From an uncultured Prevotellaceae bacterium (lineage in GTDB: Bacteria; Bacteroidota; Bacteroidia; Bacteroidales; Bacteroidaceae), in assembly GCA_900317305.1 (NCBI GenBank), contig ONGG01000004.1, forward strand, positions 40,983 through 104,982: a DNA stretch of 64,000 bases, given 5' to 3'. Under the pieces are notes generated by a model. It was not told the DNA's origin. It ran no database searches and saw only the letters and a list, made by a program, of their open reading frames with translations. Shown here piece by piece: positions 39,590 to 49,396 of this stretch. Position numbers and translations under genes: made by a program. Position 1 is the first letter of the stretch, and every line of letters starts with the position of its first letter.

Positions 39590-40960
39590 TTATCTGATCA
39601 CGAATTTCTTCCCTTGCCTGATGTAGACACCTTTGTCGAGTTGACGTGGTTCGTCAACGCGCATGCCCTGGAGATTGTACATGGCTTCGCCGGCGGAGGG
39701 AGCGATGGCGCTGGTGCTGATGCCGTCTTCCGATGGGCGGGGATATATCTCGTTGATGCCTTCCATGGCATAGGTGCCGAACACGCTCAGGCGGCTGCGG
39801 TCAATGATGGTCATCGTGCCCTTGGTGCCGTTCTGGTTCGGACTGTTGATGTCCCACGTCATGGGCACCATGCCCCCCATCTCCTTGCACAGCCGGTGCA
39901 GTTCGCGGTAATGCGACTTGATGGAGGCGTTGTGCTTCTCCTGGCTCTCGCCGCTAAGACCCGATAGGTCGCGCCAGTTGGCGCCAAACTCACCGATGAC
40001 CACAGGGTAGCCTTTGTCCACGAAGTGGGTCTGCATCTTCTGCAACTGGCTCTTCATCTCTGCTTCCTCACCCCATGTGGCATTGTGCTGCGAACCGCTA
40101 TGGTGGTTGCCCTCTCCCCAGTAGTAGAACACCTTGCCCCACGACTCGTCCTTCTCCATGCCCCAGAATTGCCAGGGATTGTAGTAGTGAACCTCGATGG
40201 CCAACTTGCCTTCCACAATGTCGGTGGGCATCTTGCCCGACATGAAGTTGCAGGTGTGGTCGATGTTGGTCGACGGTCCCTGTACCACGAGCACGCGCTG
40301 GGTGTTGTTGCCCCCAGTGGCACGTACGGCATCGACGAAGGCCTGGTTGTACTGGATGAGGTTGTTGGTGGCCGACTGGTTGTCGGCATTGGGCTCGTTC
40401 AGTCCGGCAAAGAGCAGACGCTCGTCATAGTCCTTGAATGTCTCGGCTATTTGGGTCCAGAGGGTCTTCAGGATGTGCTTGTTGTTCTCGATGGTGGTGG
40501 GGTTGGTGTCCTTGATGTGCTCTTCCAACCAACCTCCGTCCCAGTGGTCGTTGAGTACCACGTAGAGCCCCTCGTTCATGCAGTAGTCAACCACCTCTTT
40601 CACCCGCGACAGCCATGCCGCGTCTATCTGGTAGGTAGTGGCGTCGGAGATATGGCCGAAAGCCCATGCACAGGGTATGCGCACACTCTTGAAACCAAGA
40701 CTCTTCACATAGGTGATGATTTCCTGGGTGGTCTTGGTGCCCTGCCAGCCCGTCTCGGCGGCTAGGCCTCCCTTGTTGTTCCATAGCGCGCCGCCTGTCC
40801 AACTGGTGGTGGCCTCGAAGGTATTGCCCAGGTTCCAGCCGGGCGACATGTCGTTGATGATTTCGGTGGCGGTGCGCGACATGCCATCCTGGGCCTTGAT
40901 GCCCATGCAGCAGAGGAATGCTATTGCCGCACAGAGTGTGAATTTTTTGAAACTCAGCAT
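39590..40960 (-). CDS. GH5 endoglucanase (GH5_4-like) with T9SS-type C-terminal domain
   Basis: GWNLGNT, RIPCAW, LNDHWD, LNEP (acid/base), IGEFG (nucleophile); CTD YNLQGMRV..KGVYIRQGKKFVIR. The start could be 40990. Confidence 0.88.
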   Translation of the reverse strand: MLSFKKFTLCAAIAFLCCMGIKAQDGMSRTATEIINDMSPGWNLGNTFEATTSWTGGALWNNKGGLAAETGWQGTKTTQEIITYVKSLGFKSVRIPCAWAFGHISDATTYQIDAAWLSRVKEVVDYCMNEGLYVVLNDHWDGGWLEEHIKDTNPTTIENNKHILKTLWTQIAETFKDYDERLLFAGLNEPNADNQSATNNLIQYNQAFVDAVRATGGNNTQRVLVVQGPSTNIDHTCNFMSGKMPTDIVEGKLAIEVHYYNPWQFWGMEKDESWGKVFYYWGEGNHHSGSQHNATWGEEAEMKSQLQKMQTHFVDKGYPVVIGEFGANWRDLSGLSGESQEKHNASIKSHYRELHRLCKEMGGMVPMTWDINSPNQNGTKGTMTIIDRSRLSVFGTYAMEGINEIYPRPSEDGISTSAIAPSAGEAMYNLQGMRVDEPRQLDKGVYIRQGKKFVIR

Positions 40961-41019
40961 ATTATATTGTTCTTTATTGAAGTTTCGCATTCGCTCAACT
41001 TGTGTTGAATTTTTTTTTA

Positions 41020-42078
41020 TTACTTGTCAATATGGTTTGGTGCGAAGATGCGGTCGCGAAGGCGCTTCAGGTCTTTCTTCGCCTTTATAGCGGCTTCCTC
41101 ACCTCGCTTGATCATCAGTCCGATGCTTTCTTCGCTGAAACTCGATACGCCAAACTCCAGCAGGTTGGGACGGATGTACACATCGGCCAACTCACGGTTC
41201 TCGTTGGCTTTCTTCCAGTCGGGACGCGACACCAGCCAGTCGAGCAGACCGCCAATGCCAAACTCCTCTTTCAGCGAGAAATCACGGTCTTTATGGTCTT
41301 CCTGCTCCAGGTCGATGGCTATCACCACATCGGCTCCCATGGCCAGTACCACGTCTACGGGCAGGTTGTTGAGCATGCCGCCGTCTACCAAGGTGTGCCC
41401 CTTCCATCTTACTGGCTTGAAAGCACCAGGGATAGCCATGCTGGCACGCATCGCCAATTCCAGTTCGCAACTGTCCATAATCACTTCCTTATGGGTCTTG
41501 ATGTCTACGGCCACGCAGCGGAAGGGGATGGGCAGGTCGTCGAAACTTCTCACTCCATCGTAATGGCGGGTGAGGCTGTCGAGCATCGTGGTGATGCTGT
41601 CACCGCTCAGGCCAATGCCATAGGCCCCTTCGTTGTCGCTGACTTTCCTGCCACGGTTGATGGGGAAGCCGAATACATAAGTGGTGTTGCCCTCTTGCCT
41701 GAAAATGTCGCCGCTGTATTTGTCGTTGCGGCCGCCTATCAGCGAGAGCCATCTCTGGCGGCGGAATATGGTGTCGAGTGCCTGGGCGTCGTAGCCAATG
41801 GCATAGAGGCCACCCACTATCGACCCGATGCTCGTGCCTGCGATATAGTCGATGGGGATGCCCATCTCCTCGATCACTTTCAGCACGCCAACCTCGGCGG
41901 CTCCTCTCGCACCACCACCTCCCAGCGCCACGCCCACGCGTAGCCGCTTGCCCTTGTCGGGCATCACATTCAGACTTCCCCCCTCCTCCCAGGGGTAGGG
42001 GGAGGTTGCCTCTCCCGTCATGCAGTGCCCGGAGAGGCAGCCAAACAATATGATGATGGTCAGAATTCTCGTCTTCAT
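41020..42078 (-). CDS. Patatin-like phospholipase, exported
   Basis: GGGGARG, GTSIG (catalytic Ser), LVDGG (Asp); signal-like N-terminus. Confidence 0.9.
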   Translation of the reverse strand: MKTRILTIIILFGCLSGHCMTGEATSPYPWEEGGSLNVMPDKGKRLRVGVALGGGGARGAAEVGVLKVIEEMGIPIDYIAGTSIGSIVGGLYAIGYDAQALDTIFRRQRWLSLIGGRNDKYSGDIFRQEGNTTYVFGFPINRGRKVSDNEGAYGIGLSGDSITTMLDSLTRHYDGVRSFDDLPIPFRCVAVDIKTHKEVIMDSCELELAMRASMAIPGAFKPVRWKGHTLVDGGMLNNLPVDVVLAMGADVVIAIDLEQEDHKDRDFSLKEEFGIGGLLDWLVSRPDWKKANENRELADVYIRPNLLEFGVSSFSEESIGLMIKRGEEAAIKAKKDLKRLRDRIFAPNHIDK

Positions 42079-42118
42079 GTCATGCAGTGGATAATGGCTT
42101 GGAAATAGCCTTTGGCGT

Positions 42119-42499
42119 TCAGTTCTCGGTCACCACTTCTGCGTCGTCGAGGTTCAGGGGATGGTCGCGCCAGTATTGTTCCTCGTCGAACGACACCTGA
42201 GGCACCACGTCGTCGTAGTCCTGACGGAAGTAGATGTCGGGGTCGGGATCAGGGTCGGCAATCTCGTCAGGGGCAATATAGTAGTGGTAGCGAGAGAACT
42301 CCTCGGTCACACGACTCTTGTGCAGTCCCGGACTGTATCCCTCGTAGTCGTGATACACGGCGGGCTTGCTCTTGTCGCGATGGCCTAGCATGTCGATGAC
42401 CCGGCGGAGCGTGGTACGGTCGCAGCCCGTCAGCAGCATCGCTGCCAACAGACAGGCAAGGCCTGTGGCCATTCCTCTCATTCTGTGATGTCGTATCAT
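42119..42499 (-). CDS. Hypothetical small lipoprotein
   Basis: Lipobox MLLTGC; acidic DPDPDPD repeat; -7 box TATTTTTG at 42556-42563. Confidence 0.6.
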   Translation of the reverse strand: MIRHHRMRGMATGLACLLAAMLLTGCDRTTLRRVIDMLGHRDKSKPAVYHDYEGYSPGLHKSRVTEEFSRYHYYIAPDEIADPDPDPDIYFRQDYDDVVPQVSFDEEQYWRDHPLNLDDAEVVTEN

Positions 42500-42971
42500 C
42501 TTCTTACAGGCTATTCGATAGAACCCTCCTTTTTGGTGGTCGTGTCAATGGTCTACAAAAATACGCTAAATAATTGAAATATGTGCGCTTGTCAACTTAT
42601 TTTTTTTCATCAGTGTCGGTGGTGACTCTCACTCAAAAGAAAACCTAACAGGTGATTTCGTGAAAGCAAATGTCCAAATCCACAATCAAGCGTGGGATGA
42701 GCTGCTGGTAAAATACCCGTTTGGGATAACTTTTGACGACGGCTTTTTGCAAAAGTTTCCGTAAAAGTCAAAGTATAAAATTAGATAAATACTTGAACGA
42801 AATGATATAATAATCTAATTTTTAGATTTATACATTCAAGAACTTAAAGTGTTTTATTATATTTTTCGTGCAACGTTTTGGAATTCATTGTTTACCAAAA
42901 ATCTTTTCTCAATTCTTCAACCATTTGCTTTTTTTTCTTCCCTTTCTTTTCTCGTTCTCGTAAAAAGTTTG

Positions 42972-42979
42972 TAGATTTG
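42972..42979 (+). promoter_or_regulatory. -7 box (TAGATTTG) for nrdJ
   Basis: Exact TAnnTTTG, 112 nt before ATG 43092; supports 43092 over the 43008 start. Confidence 0.6.
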
Positions 42980-43091
42980 CATTCCATTTCAATCCTACCG
43001 GCGGCCCTTGTTTTTCGATAAAGATAACTGGTGCCCCATTATTTGTTTAACTTCTTTTTCTGTGGGGCAACGACCTCACTTCCAATTAAGC

Positions 43092-45638
43092 ATGAACCAA
43101 CAGAAAACCTTCTCCTATGACGAAGCCTATGCCGCTTCGCTCGACTATTTCTCAGGCGACGAACTTGCCGCACGTGTATGGGTGAACAAATACGCCATGA
43201 AAGACAGCTTTGGGAATATTTACGAAAAGTCGCCCGAGGACATGCATTGGCGTATCGCCAACGAGATAGCACGCATAGAGAACAAATACCCCAATCCTAT
43301 TACCGCAGAGCAGGCTTTCGAACTGCTCGACCATTTCAGGTATCTGGTACCGGCTGGCAGCCCGATGACAGGCATCGGCAACAACCTCCAGGTGGCATCG
43401 TTGTCCAACTGCTTCGTCGTGGGACTCGATGGCAATGCCGACTCGTATGGTGGCGTGATGCTCATCGACCAAGAACAGGTGCAGCTCATGAAGCGTAGGG
43501 GTGGAGTGGGGCACGACCTCTCGCACCTCAGGCCTAAAGGCTCGCCTGTGAACAACTCCGCGCTCACCAGTACGGGACTCGTGCCCTTTATGGAACGATA
43601 CAGCAATTCCACCCGCGAGGTGGCACAGGATGGGCGTCGTGGGGCACTGATGCTCACCGTCAGCATCAAGCATCCCGACAGTGAGGCTTTCATCGATGCC
43701 AAGATGACCGAGGGCAAGGTGACGGGTGCCAACGTGTCGGTGCGCATCGACGATGAGTTCATGAGGGCTGCTGTCAACAAAGAGCAGTATGTGCAGCAGT
43801 TCCCCGTCGACAGCGACCACCCTGTCTTCACGAAGAGCATCGAGGCCAAGGACCTGTGGGCGAAAATCGTGCACAATGCTTGGAAAAGTGCCGAACCCGG
43901 CGTGCTCTTCTGGGATACCATCATCCGCGAAAGCATCCCCGACTGCTATGCCGACCTGGGCTTCCGCACCATCTCCACCAATCCTTGTGGAGAGATACCG
44001 CTTTGTCCTTACGACTCATGTCGGCTTCTTTCCATCAACCTCTACTCGTATGTCGACAATCCCTTCACACCCGAGGCCAAGTTCAATTTCGACAAGTTCT
44101 CTAAGCACGTCGCCCTCGCTCAGCGTATCATGGACGACATCGTGGACCTTGAACTGGAGAAGATCGAGTGCATCATGGAAAAGGTGAAAAACGACCCGCA
44201 AGACGATGAGGTGAAGCGGGCAGAGTATCACCTGTGGGAGAAAATCTACCACAAGAGCGGACTGGGACGGCGCACGGGAGTGGGCATCACCGCTGAGGGC
44301 GACATGATAGCCGCACTCGGACTGAGATATGGCAGTGAGGAGGCCACACGGTTCTCCGTCAACGTACACCGGACTCTGGCACTCAGCGCTTATGGCTCGT
44401 CGGTGACTATGGCCAAGGAGAGGGGCAAGTTCTCCATCTACGACGCCAAACGCGAGGAGAACAACCCGTTTGTGAAGAGAATCAAGGAGGCCGACCCGAA
44501 ACTCTACGACGATATGGTGAAATACGGGCGCCGCAACATTGCTTGTCTCACCATCGCCCCAACGGGTACTACCAGTCTCATGACCCAGACCACCAGCGGT
44601 ATCGAACCGGTGTTCATGCCCGTCTACAAACGCCGCAGGAAGGTCAATCCAGGCGACGCCAACGTGCATGTCGACTTTGTCGACGAGGTGGGCGACTCGT
44701 TCGAGGAGTACATCGTCTACCATCCCAAATTCCTCACGTGGATGAGAATTAACGGACTTGACACCGAGAAACGCTACACCCAGGAGGAAATCGACCAGTT
44801 GGTGGCACAGTCGCCTTATTACAAATCCACGGCCAATGACGTCGACTGGCTCATGAAGGTGAGGATGCAGGGCGAAATCCAGAAATGGGTCGACCACTCC
44901 ATCAGCGTGACGGTCAACCTGCCCAACAATGTCGACGAGGAGTTGGTCAACAAACTCTACATCGAGGCTTGGAGGTCGGGATGCAAGGGATGTACCATCT
45001 ACCGCGATGGCAGCAGGTCCGGAGTCATGGTGGCCGTCGAGAAGAAGAAGGCCAAAAATGAGGAACCACCCATCTGCAAGCATCCCGAGGTGACCGAGGT
45101 GAGGCCACAGACCCTGGAGTGCGACGTGGTGAGATTCCAGAACAACAAGGAGAAGTGGGTGGCCTTCGTCGGTTTGCTCCATGGCTATCCCTACGAGATA
45201 TTCACCGGACTTCAGGACGATGACGAGGGCATCGTGCTGCCTAAGACCGTCACCAAGGGCAAAATCATCAAGCAGACCAACGAGGACGGCACCCATCGGT
45301 ACGACTTCCAGTTTGAGAACAAAAGGGGGTATAAGACCACTGTTGAGGGACTGAGCGAGAAGTTCAACCCCGAATATTGGAACTATGCGAAACTCATCTC
45401 CGGAGTGCTGAGATACAGGATGCCTATCGAGCATGTCATCAAGCTCGTCAGTTCGCTGCAACTCAAGAGCGAGAGCATCAACACTTGGAAAAACGGTGTG
45501 GAGAGAGCCCTCAAGAAGTATATCGTCGACGGAACGGTGGCCAAGGGACAGAAATGCCCCGAGTGTGGCAACGAGACGCTTGTCTATCAGGAGGGATGCC
45601 TCATCTGCAAGAACTGCGGTCACTCAAAATGCGGATAG
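43092..45638 (+). CDS. nrdJ: Class II (adenosylcobalamin-dependent) ribonucleotide reductase
   Basis: SLSNCFV, STNPCGEIPL (thiyl-radical Cys), RRTGVG, TIAPTGT, QKWVDHSISVTVN, C-terminal CPECG..CKNCGHSKC; no class I beta subunit adjacent. Confidence 0.92.
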   Translation: MNQQKTFSYDEAYAASLDYFSGDELAARVWVNKYAMKDSFGNIYEKSPEDMHWRIANEIARIENKYPNPITAEQAFELLDHFRYLVPAGSPMTGIGNNLQVASLSNCFVVGLDGNADSYGGVMLIDQEQVQLMKRRGGVGHDLSHLRPKGSPVNNSALTSTGLVPFMERYSNSTREVAQDGRRGALMLTVSIKHPDSEAFIDAKMTEGKVTGANVSVRIDDEFMRAAVNKEQYVQQFPVDSDHPVFTKSIEAKDLWAKIVHNAWKSAEPGVLFWDTIIRESIPDCYADLGFRTISTNPCGEIPLCPYDSCRLLSINLYSYVDNPFTPEAKFNFDKFSKHVALAQRIMDDIVDLELEKIECIMEKVKNDPQDDEVKRAEYHLWEKIYHKSGLGRRTGVGITAEGDMIAALGLRYGSEEATRFSVNVHRTLALSAYGSSVTMAKERGKFSIYDAKREENNPFVKRIKEADPKLYDDMVKYGRRNIACLTIAPTGTTSLMTQTTSGIEPVFMPVYKRRRKVNPGDANVHVDFVDEVGDSFEEYIVYHPKFLTWMRINGLDTEKRYTQEEIDQLVAQSPYYKSTANDVDWLMKVRMQGEIQKWVDHSISVTVNLPNNVDEELVNKLYIEAWRSGCKGCTIYRDGSRSGVMVAVEKKKAKNEEPPICKHPEVTEVRPQTLECDVVRFQNNKEKWVAFVGLLHGYPYEIFTGLQDDDEGIVLPKTVTKGKIIKQTNEDGTHRYDFQFENKRGYKTTVEGLSEKFNPEYWNYAKLISGVLRYRMPIEHVIKLVSSLQLKSESINTWKNGVERALKKYIVDGTVAKGQKCPECGNETLVYQEGCLICKNCGHSKCG

Positions 45639-45641
45639 CCG

Positions 45642-46022
45642 ATGATGAGGTTTGACGAGGGAATTGTCTCCCTGAAGCAGATGAGGGTCTTTGCCCGTCA
45701 TGGAGTGCTGCCACAAGAGCAGGCCACAGGAGGCGAGTATGTCGTCTCCCTCTTCGTGAGGGTGGACTTTTCCAAGGCCATGCTCACCGACAGCATCGAC
45801 GATACCGTCAACTATGCCAGGCTCGTGCAGGTGGTCAAAGACGAAATGGCCATTCCCTCGCAGCTCCTCGAGCATGTGGCAGGACGCATCGCCAAGAAGG
45901 TGTGCGGCAACTTCCCCAATGTCGACGAATTGTGGGTGGAAATCGAGAAAGTCAACCCTCCTCTGAGAACGGCGTGTAGGGCGGCAAGTGTAAAACTTCA
46001 TGTGACAAACGACAAAACTTGA
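45642..46022 (+). CDS. folB: Dihydroneopterin aldolase
   Basis: ARHGVLPQEQ, DTVNYA, LLEHVA, EKVNPP; 126 aa. Confidence 0.9.
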   Translation: MMRFDEGIVSLKQMRVFARHGVLPQEQATGGEYVVSLFVRVDFSKAMLTDSIDDTVNYARLVQVVKDEMAIPSQLLEHVAGRIAKKVCGNFPNVDELWVEIEKVNPPLRTACRAASVKLHVTNDKT

Positions 46023-46053
46023 TGCTTTTGGTGGTTTTTTGACCGAAATTCAT

Positions 46054-46061
46054 TACCTTTG
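46054..46061 (+). promoter_or_regulatory. -7 box (TACCTTTG) for amidase-MCE
   Basis: Exact TAnnTTTG, 21 nt before ATG 46083. Confidence 0.6.
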
Positions 46062-46082
46062 CATCCGACATCTATATTGGAA

Positions 46083-47990
46083 ATGCGATACAAAGTTTTA
46101 TTTATCTTCATCATAGGCTTGCTCGCCGTCATCCCAACCTTGGCAGCCGGAAAATTCACGCTCGTCATCGATGCCGGGCATGGAGGCCACGACTCGGGGG
46201 CTCCGGGGGCCATCTCCAAGGAGAAGGACATCAACCTGAAAGTGGCGCTGGCTTTTGGCAAACTAGTGGAGCGGAACTGCTCCGATGTCAAGGTCGTCTA
46301 CACCCGCACCACCGATGTGTTCGTGCCGCTGATCGAAAGGGCCAACATCGCCAACCGCAACAAGGCCGACCTTTTCATCTCTGTGCACACCAACGCACTC
46401 GACGGAGGGAAAATCTCACGCGGATTCGAGACCTATACACTGGGTATGCACCGGGCCAACGACAACCTCAATGTGGCCAAACGCGAGAACTCGGTGATCC
46501 TTATCGAGAAAAACTACAAGCAGCGGTATGCCGGATTCGACCCGAATTCGGCCGAAAGCTACATCATGTTCGAACTCATGCAAGACAAGAACATGGCAAA
46601 TAGCGTGAATCTGGCCAAACTCATACAGAGCGAGGTTTGCTCTATCAGCGGTAGGGTGAACAAGGGGGTCCACCAGGCTGGGTTCCTCGTGCTGAGAGAG
46701 ACGTCGATGCCGAGTTGCCTCATCGAACTGGGATTCATCACCACACCCGACGAGGAGAAATACTTGAATACCGCCGACGGGCAGAACACCATTGCCATGG
46801 GCATCTACAACGCCTTCTTGAAATACAAGAAGCGCTATGGCGCCACAAAGCTTTCCGAGAATGATGGAGATGCAGATCATGCTAACGACCATCTGCTGGC
46901 ACAGAATGAGCCACCCACGACTCCTCCGTCCACACCGCCAGTAACCCCCAAGAACAAGGTAAAGACCAGTCAAACTCCTTCCGCTCCTGTCGCTCCAAAA
47001 ACAGAGAAGGACCAAGCCTCAACTTATCAGGAACAGACCACCCCGGTGAGACCTTTCATCGAGGAAGACAGCGCTTCTGTCACACAGTATACCAGTCAAA
47101 GGGCTGTGAGAACCACTCCGTTTGCCACAACCCCACCGGCACAGCCTCCAAGGACTTCTGCTGAAGGCCTCGTGGCACAGGCTACAACGCAACAACCGGT
47201 AAGTCCGCCTGCCACCGCTTCCCCAAGGCCCCAACCTAGTCACACACCTACTACCACCACCCCAAATCCTCTTTCTACTCCTCCTGCATCAGTATCTCCT
47301 GCAGCCCCTGCTCCCCCAAAAACTCCCAATAGCACCCCAACTCCTCAAAAAACCGCTATACCTTCCTCTAACGCTATCCCCCAACAGGGTGCTCCTACGG
47401 CTGCTCAGCCCCAGCCTCAAGTACAACAACCGCAACCTCAGGCTCAGCCCCAGCAACCCCAACCCCAACCTCAGGTTCAGGCTCAGCCTCAGCCTAAATC
47501 CCAACCCCAGCCTCAGCCCCAGCAACCCCAGCCTCAGGTTCAGCCCCAGCTACCTCAGGCTCAGCAACCCCAGCCTCAGATTCAGGCACAGCCCCAGGTT
47601 CAACCTCAACCCCAGGCTCAACCTCAGCCTCAGCAACCCCAGGCTCAGCCCGCGGTTCCGGAGAAACCCGCCGTTCCTGTGCAGCCTGCAGTTCCTTCTG
47701 AACCGGGTGGACGGCCTATTTTCAAAGTGCAGATTGCTGCAAGCAGCCAACAGTTGCCTACTGACCATGAGGTGTTTAAGGGCGTGCAGAACGTGGATGT
47801 GTATGTGGAAAACGACCTTTTCAAATATACTGTCGGAGCAACACCCGACTTCGAGGAAATCAGCCAACTGCGCAAAACGGTCAGCGAGCAGTTCCCCCAA
47901 GCTTTTATCATCGCTTTTCGCGACGGTGAGAAGATAGCCCTCGCACAAGCCATCAGAGAATACAAAAACGCCAAACAAAAAATAAAGTAA
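46083..47990 (+). CDS. N-acetylmuramoyl-L-alanine amidase (Amidase_3) with long P/T/Q linker and C-terminal putative peptidoglycan-binding domain
   Basis: IDAGHGG, KEKDINL, FISVHTNA, LIELGF; C-terminal FKVQIAAS..FKYTVG..FPQAFIIAF. Confidence 0.92.
   Translation: MRYKVLFIFIIGLLAVIPTLAAGKFTLVIDAGHGGHDSGAPGAISKEKDINLKVALAFGKLVERNCSDVKVVYTRTTDVFVPLIERANIANRNKADLFISVHTNALDGGKISRGFETYTLGMHRANDNLNVAKRENSVILIEKNYKQRYAGFDPNSAESYIMFELMQDKNMANSVNLAKLIQSEVCSISGRVNKGVHQAGFLVLRETSMPSCLIELGFITTPDEEKYLNTADGQNTIAMGIYNAFLKYKKRYGATKLSENDGDADHANDHLLAQNEPPTTPPSTPPVTPKNKVKTSQTPSAPVAPKTEKDQASTYQEQTTPVRPFIEEDSASVTQYTSQRAVRTTPFATTPPAQPPRTSAEGLVAQATTQQPVSPPATASPRPQPSHTPTTTTPNPLSTPPASVSPAAPAPPKTPNSTPTPQKTAIPSSNAIPQQGAPTAAQPQPQVQQPQPQAQPQQPQPQPQVQAQPQPKSQPQPQPQQPQPQVQPQLPQAQQPQPQIQAQPQVQPQPQAQPQPQQPQAQPAVPEKPAVPVQPAVPSEPGGRPIFKVQIAASSQQLPTDHEVFKGVQNVDVYVENDLFKYTVGATPDFEEISQLRKTVSEQFPQAFIIAFRDGEKIALAQAIREYKNAKQKIK
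47406..47652 (+). repeat. Low-complexity (QP)n coding repeat in the amidase linker
   Basis: About 80 codons made almost entirely of CAG/CAA/CCT/CCC with recurring cagcctcag / cagccccagcaaccc units. Confidence 0.85.
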
Positions 47991-47994
47991 AAAG

Positions 47995-48924
47995 ATGAAA
48001 GGAATAACTAAACAGGTGAAAATCGCCTTAGTTGCCATCGTGGGAATCGTACTCCTTTTCTTCGGGATGCAGTTCCTGAAGGGTTTGTCGCTCTACACAT
48101 CAGATAAAACCTACTACGTATCGTTCCAGAATGTCAACGGTCTCTCGGAGTCAAGCCCCATCAAGGAAAATGGCTACCCTGTGGGCAGTGTGAGAGACAT
48201 CAACTACGATTATAACAATCAAGGACAAATCATTGCCGAGGTGGAGATTGACAAAGATCTGCGGTTGCCAAAGGGAACGGTTGCGGAAATCTCCAGCGAC
48301 TTGCTTGGAAATGTGCAGGTCAACCTCATCTTAGGCCAGAAATCCGACGGCTTCATCGAGGAGGGAGAGACCTTTGAGGGAAGACTCGACGAGGGCGCCA
48401 TGGGAAAAGTGAAGGGCATGATACCGCAAATCGAGGAAATGATGCCCAAACTGGATGCCATACTTGCCTCCATCAACTACATCCTCGCCGACCAGTCTAT
48501 CGTCAGTACTTTGCACAACGCCAATCAGGTAACTGGCAACCTCACAAAGACCACGCAAGATATCAACTACCTGATGTCCGACCTCAAGAAAGAGATGCCT
48601 GGCATTATGGGAAAGGCCGACGGCGTGCTTCAACAGGCCGGAACGGCAGTGGGTAGTGCCAACTTGGTGATGGGGAATGCAGAACGGCTCACCAACAACC
48701 TCGCGTCGCTCGACATGCAGACCACACTCGCCGAACTCAACCAGACACTCGCCAACCTCAAGGCCTTCACCGATCAACTCAACCATGGCGAGGGCACAGT
48801 GCCCAAACTGCTCAACGACCGGGATATCTACGACAAGCTCGATGCGACGATCTCCCATGTCGACTCTCTCATGATCGACCTCAGGCAGCACCCGAAGAGA
48901 TATGTCCACTTCTCGGTGTTCTGA
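47995..48924 (+). CDS. MCE/MlaD family protein
   Basis: N-terminal TM, F..VNGL..SSPIKENGYPVGSV, AEISSDLLG, coiled C-terminus ending HPKRYVHFSVF. Confidence 0.88.
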   Translation: MKGITKQVKIALVAIVGIVLLFFGMQFLKGLSLYTSDKTYYVSFQNVNGLSESSPIKENGYPVGSVRDINYDYNNQGQIIAEVEIDKDLRLPKGTVAEISSDLLGNVQVNLILGQKSDGFIEEGETFEGRLDEGAMGKVKGMIPQIEEMMPKLDAILASINYILADQSIVSTLHNANQVTGNLTKTTQDINYLMSDLKKEMPGIMGKADGVLQQAGTAVGSANLVMGNAERLTNNLASLDMQTTLAELNQTLANLKAFTDQLNHGEGTVPKLLNDRDIYDKLDATISHVDSLMIDLRQHPKRYVHFSVF

Positions 48925-48934
48925 TAACGTAACG

Positions 48935-48977
48935 GCAACCCTGACAAGACACGAAACTGATGGCTTGGCAGGGTTGC
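48935..48977 (+). terminator. Stem-loop after the MCE gene
   Basis: gcaaccctgacaag / cttggcagggttgc (1 mismatch). Confidence 0.55.
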
Positions 48978-49396
48978 TTGTATTAGAATGGTTGACTTGA
49001 TGTGGCATCTTTTTTTTCATAGGCAAAAAAACGCATTGATTTGATAAAATAGATATTGTCTAAATAAAGCGCTCCATAGAATTCACTTTATCCAATTCTC
49101 CAAAATGCGTATGCCTTAGGCGTTTCCGTGTTCATTATCATTTACGTCAACAGCGGTGGCGTTTCTCTATGACTATGGCATAAGTCTCAATAACACAACA
49201 ACTTGCAAAAATCCAAATGTAAATTTTTTTTCTTCTTGTTACTCACCCTCTTAAGTATCCAATTTTAAGTGATTTACGAAGAATGGTTAACATTAAGCAT
49301 AAATCCATCATTTGTATTTCACAAAAAAAATTCCGATATTTGCATTCGATTTCTGAGGGGAGTGAGAGCCCCTCGCCTTTTCAAAACAAATAGTCA

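Noticed and set aside
42564-43091. Cobalamin riboswitch upstream of nrdJ
   Set aside because: I could not find the B12-box or the GGGAA..GCCACTG core by eye; an Rfam scan would be decisive.
43092-45638. Intein or group I intron in nrdJ
   Set aside because: The length (~848 aa) is normal, and no splice motifs or homing endonuclease are visible.
47389-48038. ORFs with (LRLSL)/(LGL) repeats overlapping the amidase
   Set aside because: Frame-shifted and antisense readings of the QP repeat.
48925-49396. oriC upstream of dnaA
   Set aside because: I found only one 8/9 DnaA-box-like word (TATTTCACA, 49315-49323), with no box cluster or clear DUE repeats. It fits autoregulation at most; GC-skew analysis would be needed.
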